From: Nitrospinaceae bacterium
GTDB taxonomy: Bacteria; Nitrospinota_A; UBA7883; JAJDBK01
Reading direction: 5' to 3'
DNA: 64,000 nucleotides
NCBI GenBank assembly: GCA_029261405.1
Contig: JAJDBK010000057.1
Coordinates: 1,906-65,905 of the forward strand
Position numbers and translations under genes: made by a program. The notes beneath the pieces are model-generated. The model saw only the letters and a program-made list of their open reading frames with translations, made no database searches and was not told the DNA's origin. Positions 38,638-48,597 of the stretch are shown in pieces. Each line of letters begins with the position of its first letter. Position 1 is the first letter of the stretch.

Positions 38638-38693
38638 GATAATTTCACTTTAAAGTTTCCAGGAGCCTTTTGGACTCCTTGTATTTACGCCCG

Positions 38694-39452
38694 TCAGCCA
38701 ATCTTGTCAGGTAACTTAACCTTGACACTCTCTATCAGCTTGAATAACTTTTCCCTGTTCCCGGGAGCCACTTCATTAAACTGGAAGCCGGCCATTACAA
38801 AATCCTTCGATTTCAGATTATCCCTGTCCCTCTCTACACGAACAAGCTCCCCATCGAGGCGAATTTCGTACTGGTCTACCTCGATTACAATGTCAACGGT
38901 ATCATAAACGTTGACGCTCTCACCTTTTCCGAAATGAGGCGTTTTGACCATGCAACCCCCGATGGAAACGTCCACCAGCGAAGCTGACCGGGGTTCCCCG
39001 GCGCCTTCAAAAAAAAGTTGAACCGGATACCTGCTCGAAGCCTTGAAACGCTCCAGCAACCTGCGTTCGCAAGAAAGGAATATCTTCCTCACCTTCTGTA
39101 TAAGCGTTGCGGCGGAGAACGGTTTTATCAGAAAATCGGATACTCCAGCCTGGGCCGCCGTAATAAGAGCGTCCTTGTCGTTCCGGCTCGACATCATCAT
39201 GAATGGTATGTCGGCTGTTTTCGGGTTGTTGCGGATTTTTAGCAGGAATTCGTCTCCGGTCATGCCCGGCATCTCCCAATCGCTTATTATCCAGTCAACC
39301 CTTTCCCCCTTCTCGATCATTCTCCACGCCTCGTCGGCGGTCTTTGTTTCGATCACTTCTCCGCAGTTAAGCTGGTCTACCAGAATCTTCTTCGCTATTT
39401 TCCTTGGTGTGGGGTGATCGTCAGCGATCAGCACAACCGTATGTCGCAACAT
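38694..39452 (-). CDS. Response regulator receiver fused to PilZ domain (tandem paralogue of the preceding gene)
   Basis: 252 aa, same architecture (CERRLLERF, DVSIGGCMV), roughly 60 percent identity to the neighbour by eye. Confidence 0.7.
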   Translation of the reverse strand: MLRHTVVLIADDHPTPRKIAKKILVDQLNCGEVIETKTADEAWRMIEKGERVDWIISDWEMPGMTGDEFLLKIRNNPKTADIPFMMMSSRNDKDALITAAQAGVSDFLIKPFSAATLIQKVRKIFLSCERRLLERFKASSRYPVQLFFEGAGEPRSASLVDVSIGGCMVKTPHFGKGESVNVYDTVDIVIEVDQYEIRLDGELVRVERDRDNLKSKDFVMAGFQFNEVAPGNREKLFKLIESVKVKLPDKIG

Positions 39453-39599
39453 TCAGTACAACCATTATTTTGAACATTCAATATCCCCCCTCATTATATA
39501 TTTTTATCGGGCTGGCTGGCAAACTTCAGAGTCAATCCATTTGAAGGCTGTAGGGTTGTGATGTACCATATCGGCTTTTGACAAAGTTTTAGGAACATC

Positions 39600-40946
39600 A
39601 TGGTTTTTGATCGAAAAAGTGGCGCTACCGCATGGCTCGGAATTGCGGTGGTCTCTGTGGCTTTCATGGGCGTCTACGCCTTCTTTGTGGCCTTGGCCCG
39701 CACACCAGTGATCGGCGCAATGTTCGGCGACCCCGATTTTTTCCGTACCGCCCTCGTAACCCATGTGGTGTTGGCGGTGGTTATCTGGTTTCTGGCGTTT
39801 ATCCTCTTTACCATGCATTACATTACCGCCTCAGTTCCCACCGGCAAGGGGGAGTTTCGGGCGGTGGACGGGGCGGCTATCGGAGTTGCCCTGATAGTTG
39901 CGACACCATTCACAGGCCCTGCGCATCCGATATTAAATAACTATGTTCCGGTACTCGACCGGTGGCTTTACCTGCTGGGAGTGGCGATATTTTTCATCGC
40001 TGTGGCTGTGGCGTTTTTGCTCAGGGCAAGAGCCACCCTCGACTCAGGCGCAAACGGTAATGGCCCGGCGTTGATTACCAGAGGTTCCCTGCTTACTGCC
40101 GGACTTGCCCTGATTTCGGCTATTCTCTGTTTTGTTATCTCCTGGTACGGACTTTCGACAGGTCCTGTTATGGAAGAGTCACAAAGGCGGTTTTATTTCG
40201 AGGTTCTCTTCTGGGGAGGCGGGCACACACTTCAGTTCGCTAATGGTCTGGGGCTTATGGCTGTCTGGTCGATCCTTGCAAGTAAACTTACCAGCGAGAA
40301 CATTCTGGACGACAAGGTGACAAAAGGTCTGCTGGCCGTAATCGCCCTCTTCATAATATCGGCGCCCCTCCAATATTTTATTTACGATCACGATTCGGTA
40401 GAGTTAAGGTCGTTATTTACTTCACTTAAAGGATGGGGACTCTCATTCGGGCCGATCATTCTCGGAGCTGCAATTTTCGTGAAGCGAAAGAACCTGAGCG
40501 AAAACCCGGTGGCGAGCCGGGGTCTTTTTCTTTCGATGTTCCTGTTCGCTCTGGGTGGGGCAATCGCCCTTACTCTAAGCGGTAGCGATACCAGAGTGCC
40601 TGCCCACTACCATGGGGTCATAGGTGGTGTGACCCTCTGTTTCATGACCCTTGCACAGCTTGCGGTAACAGAAAACGGCTGGCTTACCGTATCGGAAAAA
40701 TGGAAAAAAATTCAGATCACCCTCTACGGAATGGGCCAATCCCTCTTCGTTATCGGACTTTACATCGGTGGAACCCGTGGAGCGCAAAGGAAGACATTCG
40801 GCACGTCCCAGCAACTCGACGACGCCATGAAATATTTCGGTATGAGTGTCATGGGGATCGGTGGATTGATGGCGGTGACAAGTGGTGTGTTTTTTGTCAT
40901 TTTCATGCTCAAATCGTTTAACGCCGGAAGAAAAAAGGCGTTATGA
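39600..40946 (+). CDS. Polytopic membrane protein (about 12 TM) with conserved His residues; possibly a cofactor-binding integral membrane subunit
   Basis: 448 aa. Overlaps the next cytochrome c gene by 4 nt, so it is translationally coupled to the cytochrome cluster. Confidence 0.55.
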   Translation: MVFDRKSGATAWLGIAVVSVAFMGVYAFFVALARTPVIGAMFGDPDFFRTALVTHVVLAVVIWFLAFILFTMHYITASVPTGKGEFRAVDGAAIGVALIVATPFTGPAHPILNNYVPVLDRWLYLLGVAIFFIAVAVAFLLRARATLDSGANGNGPALITRGSLLTAGLALISAILCFVISWYGLSTGPVMEESQRRFYFEVLFWGGGHTLQFANGLGLMAVWSILASKLTSENILDDKVTKGLLAVIALFIISAPLQYFIYDHDSVELRSLFTSLKGWGLSFGPIILGAAIFVKRKNLSENPVASRGLFLSMFLFALGGAIALTLSGSDTRVPAHYHGVIGGVTLCFMTLAQLAVTENGWLTVSEKWKKIQITLYGMGQSLFVIGLYIGGTRGAQRKTFGTSQQLDDAMKYFGMSVMGIGGLMAVTSGVFFVIFMLKSFNAGRKKAL

Positions 40947-41257
40947 AAGGTTGGCCTCTTGTCGTAGCGATAGTTCTGGTCACCCCCACAGCAGGATTAA
41001 CGATGGAATCTTACCAGACGTGTATAAAATGCCACGATGAACCGGGTGAAGGCGGATCGCAGTTCGCCCCAGATCTCTCGGAAACGAAATACAGCCTTGA
41101 ACAGTTCACGAAACAGGTCATGAATGGTTCAAAGTGGGCGGGTAAACCTGTCAGAAAATGGAAATACCGTAAAAGAGAGATGCCGGGTGTTGTCGGTCTT
41201 GACGAAAAAGAGGTGCGACTCCTTTACGATTACATTTTATCGAAAAAACCGGACTGA
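40943..41257 (+). CDS. Monoheme cytochrome c (secreted)
   Basis: 104 aa, signal peptide, CIKCHD heme motif. Confidence 0.65.
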   Translation: MKGWPLVVAIVLVTPTAGLTMESYQTCIKCHDEPGEGGSQFAPDLSETKYSLEQFTKQVMNGSKWAGKPVRKWKYRKREMPGVVGLDEKEVRLLYDYILSKKPD

Positions 41258-41365
41258 AAAATCTCTTTTTCCCCTTTTCGTAATTTGGCTGTATCCTATT
41301 AACAAGTATGAAAATTGTGGCGTTTTTGCGCCACGGGTTGTTACTTTTACGAAGGAGATTTTGTT

Positions 41366-41698
41366 ATGAGGAAATTGATGGTGGCTATCTTGTTTGCGGT
41401 GATCGCCGTTGCGTTTACCGCTCCTCCTCTCTTTGCGGGAGACGCTCCGGCCATATATAAAAAATGCAAGATGTGCCACGGCGACGCGGGAAGCGGAAAA
41501 GGTAAATCCGGCCCTGATCTAGCCAAGAGTAGCTGGACCCTGGAACAGTGGACGCAAATTGTGGAACTCGGTAGAAAAGGGTACGCCGACGGTCCCGCAC
41601 AGATGGCCGAATACGAGAACAAGAAGATGATGAAACAGAAGGAGGTCACAGCCGACGACGTAAAAGCCATCTTCGATTATGTGCACTCCGTTAAGTAG
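41366..41698 (+). CDS. Monoheme cytochrome c (secreted)
   Basis: About 110 aa from MRKLMVAIL (AAGGAGA RBS 7 nt upstream), signal peptide, CKMCHG motif. Confidence 0.65.
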   Translation: MRKLMVAILFAVIAVAFTAPPLFAGDAPAIYKKCKMCHGDAGSGKGKSGPDLAKSSWTLEQWTQIVELGRKGYADGPAQMAEYENKKMMKQKEVTADDVKAIFDYVHSVK

Positions 41699-41714
41699 AC
41701 ACATTTTCAGGAAA

Positions 41715-41748
41715 AACCGCTGGTTGTGAAATCTGGCGGTTTTTTTTC
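41715..41748 (+). terminator. Rho-independent terminator (8-bp stem AACCGCTGG/CTGGCGGTT, 9-nt loop, T8 run)
   Basis: Hairpin followed by TTTTTTTT immediately after the second monoheme cytochrome gene. Confidence 0.6.
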
Positions 41749-41756
41749 TGACATAA

Positions 41757-42575
41757 ATGAATATCAAGTTAAAACAGCGAGCCTTTCTGGTTGTCGCCCC
41801 GGCGCTTATGGTGTTGGCGGCGTTGTTGATCTTTCCCGAAGCTCTATTTTCACCAGGTGAGATCAACCGTAAACATAAGGAGATAAAAAACTGTTTCACC
41901 TGCCATATCCCCTTTGTCAAGCCGGATAGCGGGACGTGCGGAACTGGTGGATGTCACACCCCTGAAAAGTGGAAAGAGAAAAAAGCGGCGTCGCGGAGCC
42001 ATATAACAGATGAGGCTTGCACAAAATGCCATACCGAACATCAAGGCGCCAGAAGATTGATCACCGTGGTCCCCGCCCACACAACGGATATTGATATAAA
42101 GAGTGATTGCACAAAATGCCATGTCATCGGCAAAAGCCATCTGCCGGTAAAAAAAGAGGCGTGTGAGTTATGCCATTCACTCGACGCATGGAGACCGGTA
42201 CCCAAATTCGATCACAAGGCGCTGAAGGGGAAAGGCAAATGCGCCGACTGCCATAAACCATCGAAGTTTCATTTTACGACCAAAAAAGAGTGTGAGACCT
42301 GCCACACCTCAAAGAGATGGTCACCTTCCTCCATGCGCCACCGGTTCCCTGTGCAACACAGATCGCGCAAGGGGAAGCGGAAATGCGATACATGCCACCC
42401 GGTTTCGCTTGCGGCGTATGACTGCTATACAGGTTGTCACAAACACAAGCCGAAAAAGGTTAAGCGAAAACATGTCAAACACAAGATCAAGGATTTCGCC
42501 GACTGTGTAAAATGCCACCCCACCGGCAGAGAGAAGGAAGGAAAGTACCGTAAGAAAAGACGGAAAAAGAGATGA
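41757..42575 (+). CDS. Multiheme c-type cytochrome (8 canonical CxxCH plus 2 non-canonical CX3-4CH motifs) with a strongly basic Lys/Arg-rich C-terminal tail
   Basis: 272 aa. Heme motifs CFTCH, CGTGGCH, CTKCH (x2), CELCH, CADCH, CETCH, CDTCH, CYTGCH, CVKCH. The C-terminus is KHKPKKVKRKHVKHK...KYRKKRRKKR. Confidence 0.75.
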   Translation: MNIKLKQRAFLVVAPALMVLAALLIFPEALFSPGEINRKHKEIKNCFTCHIPFVKPDSGTCGTGGCHTPEKWKEKKAASRSHITDEACTKCHTEHQGARRLITVVPAHTTDIDIKSDCTKCHVIGKSHLPVKKEACELCHSLDAWRPVPKFDHKALKGKGKCADCHKPSKFHFTTKKECETCHTSKRWSPSSMRHRFPVQHRSRKGKRKCDTCHPVSLAAYDCYTGCHKHKPKKVKRKHVKHKIKDFADCVKCHPTGREKEGKYRKKRRKKR

Positions 42576-43168
42576 TTACCGTCACAAAAGTCTTTGGAAA
42601 GTTGTCGCTGTTATTCGTCATTGTCGTCCTGACTGTTGTAATAACAATCGTTACGGAGCTTCTCATCGACAACCTGACACTTCAGGCCAGAGAGTTTCGT
42701 CACCTGATGAAACACTCCATGGGCAATATCGGAGTTTTATTCATCCTTGTTTCGATAGCGGGATATTCCCTTAAAAAACGGTTCGGTATTGGTCGTTTCA
42801 GGATCAACGAATGGCTCGATATCCACCAATGGCTAGCCGTGACCGGGGTGGTTCTGGCGGGTATCCATTCCGGCGCTCATTTCAACGCGCTACTTCCCCG
42901 ATTGACATCGATAGCCACTATCGTATGTCTCGTAAGCGGATTTGTCGGTCGGCATATATACATCAACACCAAAAAGGAGATCGCAACAAGGAGGGTCACG
43001 ATGGTGGAGGATGGATTATCCGAAGCGGTGATCGCCGAAAAACTTACATACGCCGCAGTGACCGCCGACGCCTTGTCCAACTGGCGCTACATACACAGAA
43101 TATTCTCGGTCACCTTCGCAACCCTGGTGGTGGCCCATGCTGTAACCGCCCTGCTCTTCGGAGGATAA
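42572..43168 (+). CDS. Small integral membrane protein (4-5 TM) with TM-embedded His residues, possibly a b-type cytochrome/quinol-interacting subunit
   Basis: 198 aa. Overlaps the multiheme cytochrome gene by 4 nt. His residues in predicted helices (IHQWLAV, GIHSGAH, VAHAV). Confidence 0.45.
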   Translation: MITVTKVFGKLSLLFVIVVLTVVITIVTELLIDNLTLQAREFRHLMKHSMGNIGVLFILVSIAGYSLKKRFGIGRFRINEWLDIHQWLAVTGVVLAGIHSGAHFNALLPRLTSIATIVCLVSGFVGRHIYINTKKEIATRRVTMVEDGLSEAVIAEKLTYAAVTADALSNWRYIHRIFSVTFATLVVAHAVTALLFGG

Positions 43169-43188
43169 GCCAGGCGCGATACCAGGAA

Positions 43189-44889
43189 CTAAAAGTCGTC
43201 GAAATCATCATCCATAGGGATTATCGAATCGACATCTTTTGACTTTTGTCTTGAAGCCGGGATAACGACCGGGGTGGATCTTCGTATCGTCTCACGGGGC
43301 GGAGAAATCGTGCGAACCGATGAACCTGCGCCGGGAGGTTGACCTCCGGCCGTGCCTACCCTTGACGCGGCTCCATCCACAAGCCTGTAGAGGTCACTGA
43401 CCACAGCCTTGAGCGCTTCGGCCTGCGCGGAAAGCTCTTCAGACGATGCGGCCGACTCTTCAGCTGTGGCGGCGTTTTGCTGTGTAACCTTGTCCATTCG
43501 GGAAACGGAACCACTGGCCTGATCCACCCCCTGAGCCTGAAGTTGCGACGACTTATTGATATTGTTGACAATATCAGCGATGGCGCCAACCTTGCCTAAA
43601 ATCTCATTTAACACCTTGCCAGACTGATCCGCCATTTCACCCCCTGTGGCCGCCTTATTTACGGCGTTATCGATCAGGACAGCAGTGTCTTTCGCCGCAT
43701 TCGACGAGCGTTGAGCCAGGTTACGAACCTCCTCGGCGACAACGGCAAACCCTTTGCCATGTTCTCCGGCCCGGGCCGCCTCCACAGCGGCGTTTAACGC
43801 CAGCAGGTTCGTCTGGAACGCTATAGCCTCAATAACCTTGATAATATTGGAGATCTCCTTTGAAGAGTGGTTGATCTCATGCATCGCCTCAATCATGCCC
43901 TCAACGACACGGCTCCCCCCTTCGGCGGACCTGAGTGTGTCGCTGACCAACGTATTGGCTTTATTAGCGTTGTTGGCGTTATCTCTCGACTGGGAGGCTA
44001 TTTCCGTGAGAGTCGCGGTTGTCTCCTCAAGGGAAGAAGCCTGTTCCATCGCGCCTTTGGCCATTGACTGGGATGATGAGGATATTTCGCTGGCGGCTAT
44101 CCCCAACTGTACGCCCCCTTCATCCAGACGTTTGATAATCCCGGAGATAGGGAGTGTAATACCTCTGACCACAACAACCGCCACCGACACCAATGCCGCA
44201 AGAATCAGAACTGTAACGTACAAGGCGGTGGTTTTCGAGTTCTCGGCTTCCGCAAGGGTATTTTGGGAGACCGTCGATATCCCCAAAGCCTTCTCTTGCG
44301 CGTCGCTGGCGGTTTCGACGAAGGAGTTGAGCTTCCGCTGAAACTCTGAAAGACCGGTTGTGACAAACTTGAGTTCAACCGCCGCCTTGTCCGCCCCCTC
44401 CTTTACAGTCCGTACAATGGGCAGGGCTTCCCGTTTGACACTCTCCAGTATGTCATCTACCTCAAAGAGCAGGGTGTCGAGGTCCATATCCTCCTCTTCA
44501 CTCAGTTCGGCAAACTTTGTCACAATCTCCTCGAATGTAATTTCGAGTATCTTCATATCCTGGGCGGTCGATTTCATGGCCGGAGCGAGTTTCTCCTCCG
44601 TAGAAGTCGAAAGGGCTATCGCTTCGTTGGACGCTTCCGAGGTATTGTTCGCCACCCGCTCCATCAGCTTTTTCACCTGACCGGAACTTGTGTCGATATC
44701 GGAAACACCGTCCGATAATCTTGTCAGCGAAACATACAGAATGGCGGCCAGAGCTATGTTGGCGAGGATCGAAAATCCGAAACCGATTATAAGCAGTTTT
44801 TTTACGCCAAGACGGCTTATAAACGAACTGTCACCCCCGGCGCCCGCCGATGCGTTTACGCTCATCGGACTATTTAACAGATTGCTCAA
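43189..44889 (-). CDS. Methyl-accepting chemotaxis protein
   Basis: 566 aa. HAMP plus the highly conserved MCP signalling domain ([16 protein letters not shown] ... [39 protein letters not shown]). Confidence 0.85.
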   Translation of the reverse strand: MSNLLNSPMSVNASAGAGGDSSFISRLGVKKLLIIGFGFSILANIALAAILYVSLTRLSDGVSDIDTSSGQVKKLMERVANNTSEASNEAIALSTSTEEKLAPAMKSTAQDMKILEITFEEIVTKFAELSEEEDMDLDTLLFEVDDILESVKREALPIVRTVKEGADKAAVELKFVTTGLSEFQRKLNSFVETASDAQEKALGISTVSQNTLAEAENSKTTALYVTVLILAALVSVAVVVVRGITLPISGIIKRLDEGGVQLGIAASEISSSSQSMAKGAMEQASSLEETTATLTEIASQSRDNANNANKANTLVSDTLRSAEGGSRVVEGMIEAMHEINHSSKEISNIIKVIEAIAFQTNLLALNAAVEAARAGEHGKGFAVVAEEVRNLAQRSSNAAKDTAVLIDNAVNKAATGGEMADQSGKVLNEILGKVGAIADIVNNINKSSQLQAQGVDQASGSVSRMDKVTQQNAATAEESAASSEELSAQAEALKAVVSDLYRLVDGAASRVGTAGGQPPGAGSSVRTISPPRETIRRSTPVVIPASRQKSKDVDSIIPMDDDFDDF

Positions 44890-45763
44890 ACATCTTGACG
44901 GCGGTGTTCATCTCGCTGAGCAGAGGAAGATTCAATTTCGCGGCGCTTTCTATGTCAGCGGTCGGGATCGTAGCCGATGAAGACGCCACTACCTTGTCCA
45001 GCAGTGGTTTGTACGATTGCCACAGACTGCCAACCGTCCCGAGCTGGTTTCGTATATCGGCGTCCCGGGTTCCTGGCAACTCCAGGTCGGGGTCTCCATC
45101 CAAAAGACCTTTAAGGGTTCTGTCAAACAACGACGCTGTCTTCTTGAGGTTAAGCCTGTTTTTATCCCCATCGATAGCCAACGCCACAAGCAGTAGCTCC
45201 TTGGTCATTTTCTGGGTCAGCATTCTCTGTTTACCTGCAAGGTTGATAACTACCGCCATACCCGGTTTCATGGTGGAGCCGCCAGTGACTTTCGCCGCGT
45301 TTTCAAACATCTTCACACATCGGTTCATGTTTTTGAGTAGTGGCAGGTTTTCCGCCGCAATCTTTCCCAGGATCTCAGGGGATGTATCCCCTCCGAGTAC
45401 CGCCTCTATATATCTACGGAACCCGGTCCAGAGGGTTTTAACTTTTTTGAGTTGTTTGACTATTTTCGGTTTCCCCGACGCCACGAGTCCGAGGTCCGCG
45501 TCTCCTGCGATAAGACCTTTCAACGTTTTGTCAAAGAGGGTGGCGGTTTTGAATAGACTCTCCTTGTTCCCCTCAACATTGATCCCTTTGGCGATAAGGA
45601 AAGACTCTTTACTCATCTTCTGGGTCAACATCCGCTGTTTACCGGAGAGGTTGAGTATGACAGCGAATTCCTGATCGGTAACCGACCAGGCGTTCCGCCC
45701 TAAAGCCGGTATCAACAACATTGTAAATAGAGTTGTAAGAATTGTCAGTTTGACCGGTTTCAT
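44870..45763 (-). CDS. Periplasmic sensor-like protein with two PilJ/NarX P-box-type repeats ([24 protein letters not shown])
   Basis: 297 aa, signal peptide. The duplicated [10 protein letters not shown] motif is characteristic of the PilJ/NIT-type sensor N-terminal domain. Overlaps the MCP start by 20 nt. Confidence 0.55.
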   Translation of the reverse strand: MKPVKLTILTTLFTMLLIPALGRNAWSVTDQEFAVILNLSGKQRMLTQKMSKESFLIAKGINVEGNKESLFKTATLFDKTLKGLIAGDADLGLVASGKPKIVKQLKKVKTLWTGFRRYIEAVLGGDTSPEILGKIAAENLPLLKNMNRCVKMFENAAKVTGGSTMKPGMAVVINLAGKQRMLTQKMTKELLLVALAIDGDKNRLNLKKTASLFDRTLKGLLDGDPDLELPGTRDADIRNQLGTVGSLWQSYKPLLDKVVASSSATIPTADIESAAKLNLPLLSEMNTAVKMFEQSVK

Positions 45764-46085
45764 GGGAACCTCTCCTTTTATGGTGTCAGGGGTTTAGCCC
45801 GGATATTTCGTGAAGGTTCTATTACAGGTGGCTCGGCCACAGCCATAAACTTGCCACTGCGCCACTTCATTACAAACTTTCATGAAATATCGAACCGATG
45901 TAATTATGACACAAAATCGTTGTATATACATTCAGCCTGGCTGGATTATGATGACTTTAACCCCGTTGGGGTTAGATAATACGTTTAATCGATAGATAAC
46001 CGGCGGAGCGCAGGAATCAACGCCCCGCTGGTTATCTTTTTACCGAGTCAATCAATCCGTAATATAAGTGACTCGATATATATCA

Positions 46086-46242
46086 TTAACGGTGGTGAGG
46101 TGGAGGAGGAACCCTGTTGGCCGCAGGTGGAGCCGGCTTCCCGCCGTGTCCCCCATGCCCATGATGCAAAAAAAGGCAAGATGAAGTCATCGCAAAAACA
46201 GAGGCAAGCGATATGGCTAACGCCATTTTTATAATACCCATA
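46086..46242 (-). CDS. Small His/Pro-rich putative lipoprotein or secreted peptide (51 aa: MGIIKMALAISLASVFAMTSSCLFLHHGHGGHGGKPAPPAANRVPPPPHHR)
   Basis: Not in the ORF track (under 60 aa). Found by reading the minus strand: ATG preceded by a strong AAGGAGA RBS at 6-nt spacing. Signal-like N-terminus with a Cys, then an HHGHGGHGG metal-binding-like motif. Confidence 0.35.
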
Positions 46243-46433
46243 ACATTCTCCTTATTTTTCTTTTACCAGGCCTTTATTTCAAACGCCCTGTTGAGCGTTG
46301 ACACCGTTTTCCGCCGATGTTAGTTTACCCCGGTACGGAACAAGAGATTCTGGAAATAGACGTATTTTTTCAGTACTGTAAGTTGAATTGCTCAATTTCA
46401 TCTAACACATTATCAGGAAACCTCCATATATCC

Positions 46434-47042
46434 ATGGCAAGCGATAACGTTGTATGGCATCACGCCACAGTCACAAGAACCCGTCGAGGTGATTTGAACG
46501 GACACAAGAGTGTAATTTTATGGTTCACCGGGCTTTCCGGAGCGGGCAAGTCTACCGTGGCGCACGCCCTCGAAGAGCGGCTTTATAACTCGAAACGAAG
46601 GACATTCGTCCTGGATGGCGACAACGTTCGTCATGGCCTGAATTCGGACCTCGGTTTTTCCAATCAGGACCGGGAGGAAAATATAAGACGTATAGGCGAG
46701 GTGTCGAAGCTTTTTCTTGAAGCCGGGGTAATCGTTCTTACCGCATTCATCTCACCTTTCAGATCGGACCGGAAGAAGGTTCGTGGCCTTGCGCCCCACG
46801 GTGATTTCATCGAAATTTACTGCAAATGCCCCCTCGAAATATGCGAGGAGAGGGATGTCAAGGGACTATACAAAAAGGCCAGGGAGGGAAAGATACCTGA
46901 GTTTACCGGGATATCATCCCCGTACGAAGAGCCAACCAACCCGGAGCTTACGCTGGACACGAGTAAACTTTCAGTGGAAGAGTCGGTTCAGACGGTTATC
47001 CAACTCCTGATTGAACGCTCCATCCTTCCGGACGCGCCCTGA
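46434..47042 (+). CDS. cysC: Adenylyl-sulfate kinase (APS kinase)
   Basis: P-loop [12 protein letters not shown] and APS-kinase motifs ([17 protein letters not shown]). The internal Met start gives about 202 aa, the canonical length. Confidence 0.8.
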   Translation: MASDNVVWHHATVTRTRRGDLNGHKSVILWFTGLSGAGKSTVAHALEERLYNSKRRTFVLDGDNVRHGLNSDLGFSNQDREENIRRIGEVSKLFLEAGVIVLTAFISPFRSDRKKVRGLAPHGDFIEIYCKCPLEICEERDVKGLYKKAREGKIPEFTGISSPYEEPTNPELTLDTSKLSVEESVQTVIQLLIERSILPDAP

Positions 47043-47079
47043 AAAGACCGCCCGAAACCTGGCTCAAGAGGCGGATACG

Positions 47080-48480
47080 GTGCGCATAATAATAGTTGAC
47101 GATATGGGGCCGATGCGCAAGACCGTCAAAAGGGCGCTGGGCTTCCTTGGTTTCACCGATACTGTCGAGGCAAAAAACGGGAAGGATGGATACGACCTGC
47201 TGATCGCCAACCATGGTGTTCCCGGCAAGGATATAGGACTTGGCGTCATAGACTGGAACATGGTTCCAACTTCAGGGCTTGACCTGCTCAACATGGTGCG
47301 AAGCGATCCAAGGCTCGACGGTTTTGTCTTCATCATGCTTACAGCAGAGCAGGATCGTGACAACATTGTGCTTGCCATCCAGGGTGGAGTTGACGACTAC
47401 ATCATTAAACCGTTCACGCCGGAGACGTTAAAGACAAAGCTTGAAAACGTACTGAAACTGAAATTGTCGAGGGTAAAAAAGGAGATTGACGCTTATTTCA
47501 GGGACCTCGAATCGAGTTGGTCCGATCCGGGTGTCGTGGAGTTTAGAAATTTCGACAGCCGTGTGGAGGCTCTTGAAGGACTGGCGCCCTGGAGTCACAT
47601 GGGTCCTCTGTTTCGCGCCAGGGTAAATATTCGTTTTGAGCGGTTTAATGAAGCGGAAAAACATCTGAAAAAAGTTATCGCCACAAATTTCGGGATAGCC
47701 GACGCACACCAGCTGTTATCAAAGGTTTTCAAGGAGAAGGGGAAAACTGAAGAGTCACTCAAGGAGCTTGAGATCGCCGTTGTGGAACGCCCGGGACACC
47801 ACCCTTTCAAACAACAACTTGGGGAAAGTTATATGTTGCGGGGCAGATACAACGACGCCGTACGCCTCTTTTCGGAGGCCCTTGCGCTGATGCCAGCAGG
47901 TGTCTCCAACGATGAGACCTACCCTGACCTAATATCGACCCTCTACAACATCATGACCGCCTCCAACAAGACTGGCAGGCAAGAAGAGGCCAATCGGGCG
48001 TTGCGACGGGTGCAATCGCTGGAGCCAAAAGAGGCCACCGGGTGGGTAAATCTGGGAAGGGTTTATCTGGGTCGCCATGAGCTTTCCAAAGCTCTCTTCG
48101 CCTTCGGCAAGGGAGAGGAGATGGCGAAAGACAAGTATGTGTTTCTAAAAGAGATCGCTATAGCTCTTTTCAAGGCCAGGGCGTTCGATTCCGCTCTCGA
48201 AAGTCTCAACAAGGCGAAAAACCTTAAACCGTCCGATCCGTTCCCTTGCAACCTGAGCGGTATGATCGGCGGCAGGATAAATCTTGACGAAAAGGCGATG
48301 GCTGAGTTCAAAGAGGCTTTCCGGCTCGATCCCACCAACGGCAAAATACTTTTCAACCTTGCGGTGGCGTACGGTAACACTGGTCAAAAAGATAAAGGTC
48401 TGGCATGTTTCATCAAAGCCAGGCAACTCGCCCCAGAGCTTACCGAAGGTGATGACTATATAAACAGCGCTGAAATCTAG
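47080..48480 (+). CDS. Response regulator receiver domain fused to a TPR-repeat domain
   Basis: Receiver motifs RIIIVDD ... DWNMV ... KPF; the C-terminal half contains multiple TPR-like repeats. GTG start at 47080 (AGAGG RBS) is preferred over the track's TTG at 47011, which overlaps cysC. Confidence 0.65.
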   Translation: MRIIIVDDMGPMRKTVKRALGFLGFTDTVEAKNGKDGYDLLIANHGVPGKDIGLGVIDWNMVPTSGLDLLNMVRSDPRLDGFVFIMLTAEQDRDNIVLAIQGGVDDYIIKPFTPETLKTKLENVLKLKLSRVKKEIDAYFRDLESSWSDPGVVEFRNFDSRVEALEGLAPWSHMGPLFRARVNIRFERFNEAEKHLKKVIATNFGIADAHQLLSKVFKEKGKTEESLKELEIAVVERPGHHPFKQQLGESYMLRGRYNDAVRLFSEALALMPAGVSNDETYPDLISTLYNIMTASNKTGRQEEANRALRRVQSLEPKEATGWVNLGRVYLGRHELSKALFAFGKGEEMAKDKYVFLKEIAIALFKARAFDSALESLNKAKNLKPSDPFPCNLSGMIGGRINLDEKAMAEFKEAFRLDPTNGKILFNLAVAYGNTGQKDKGLACFIKARQLAPELTEGDDYINSAEI

Positions 48481-48583
48481 CCCGGATTATTCATGAGGTT
48501 TTGAGCCGACGATATGTTCTGTTTTTTTATTCTCAATAGATTTAATGCTGAAATCTAGCCCGGATTATTCATGAGGTTTTGAG
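48469..48583. repeat. Two 37-bp direct repeats (gctgaaatctagcccggattattcatgaggttttgag) separated by 41 bp. The first copy contains the last codons and TAG stop of the REC-TPR gene.
   Basis: Exact duplicate copies read at 48469-48505 and 48547-48583. Confidence 0.8.
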
Positions 48584-48597
48584 GGTTCACCAGGAAG

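Noticed and set aside
43754-45674. Several + strand ORFs (195, 106 and 274 aa) over the MCP and PilJ-domain genes
   Set aside because: Ser/Ala-rich low-complexity antisense translations of the MCP coiled-coil region.
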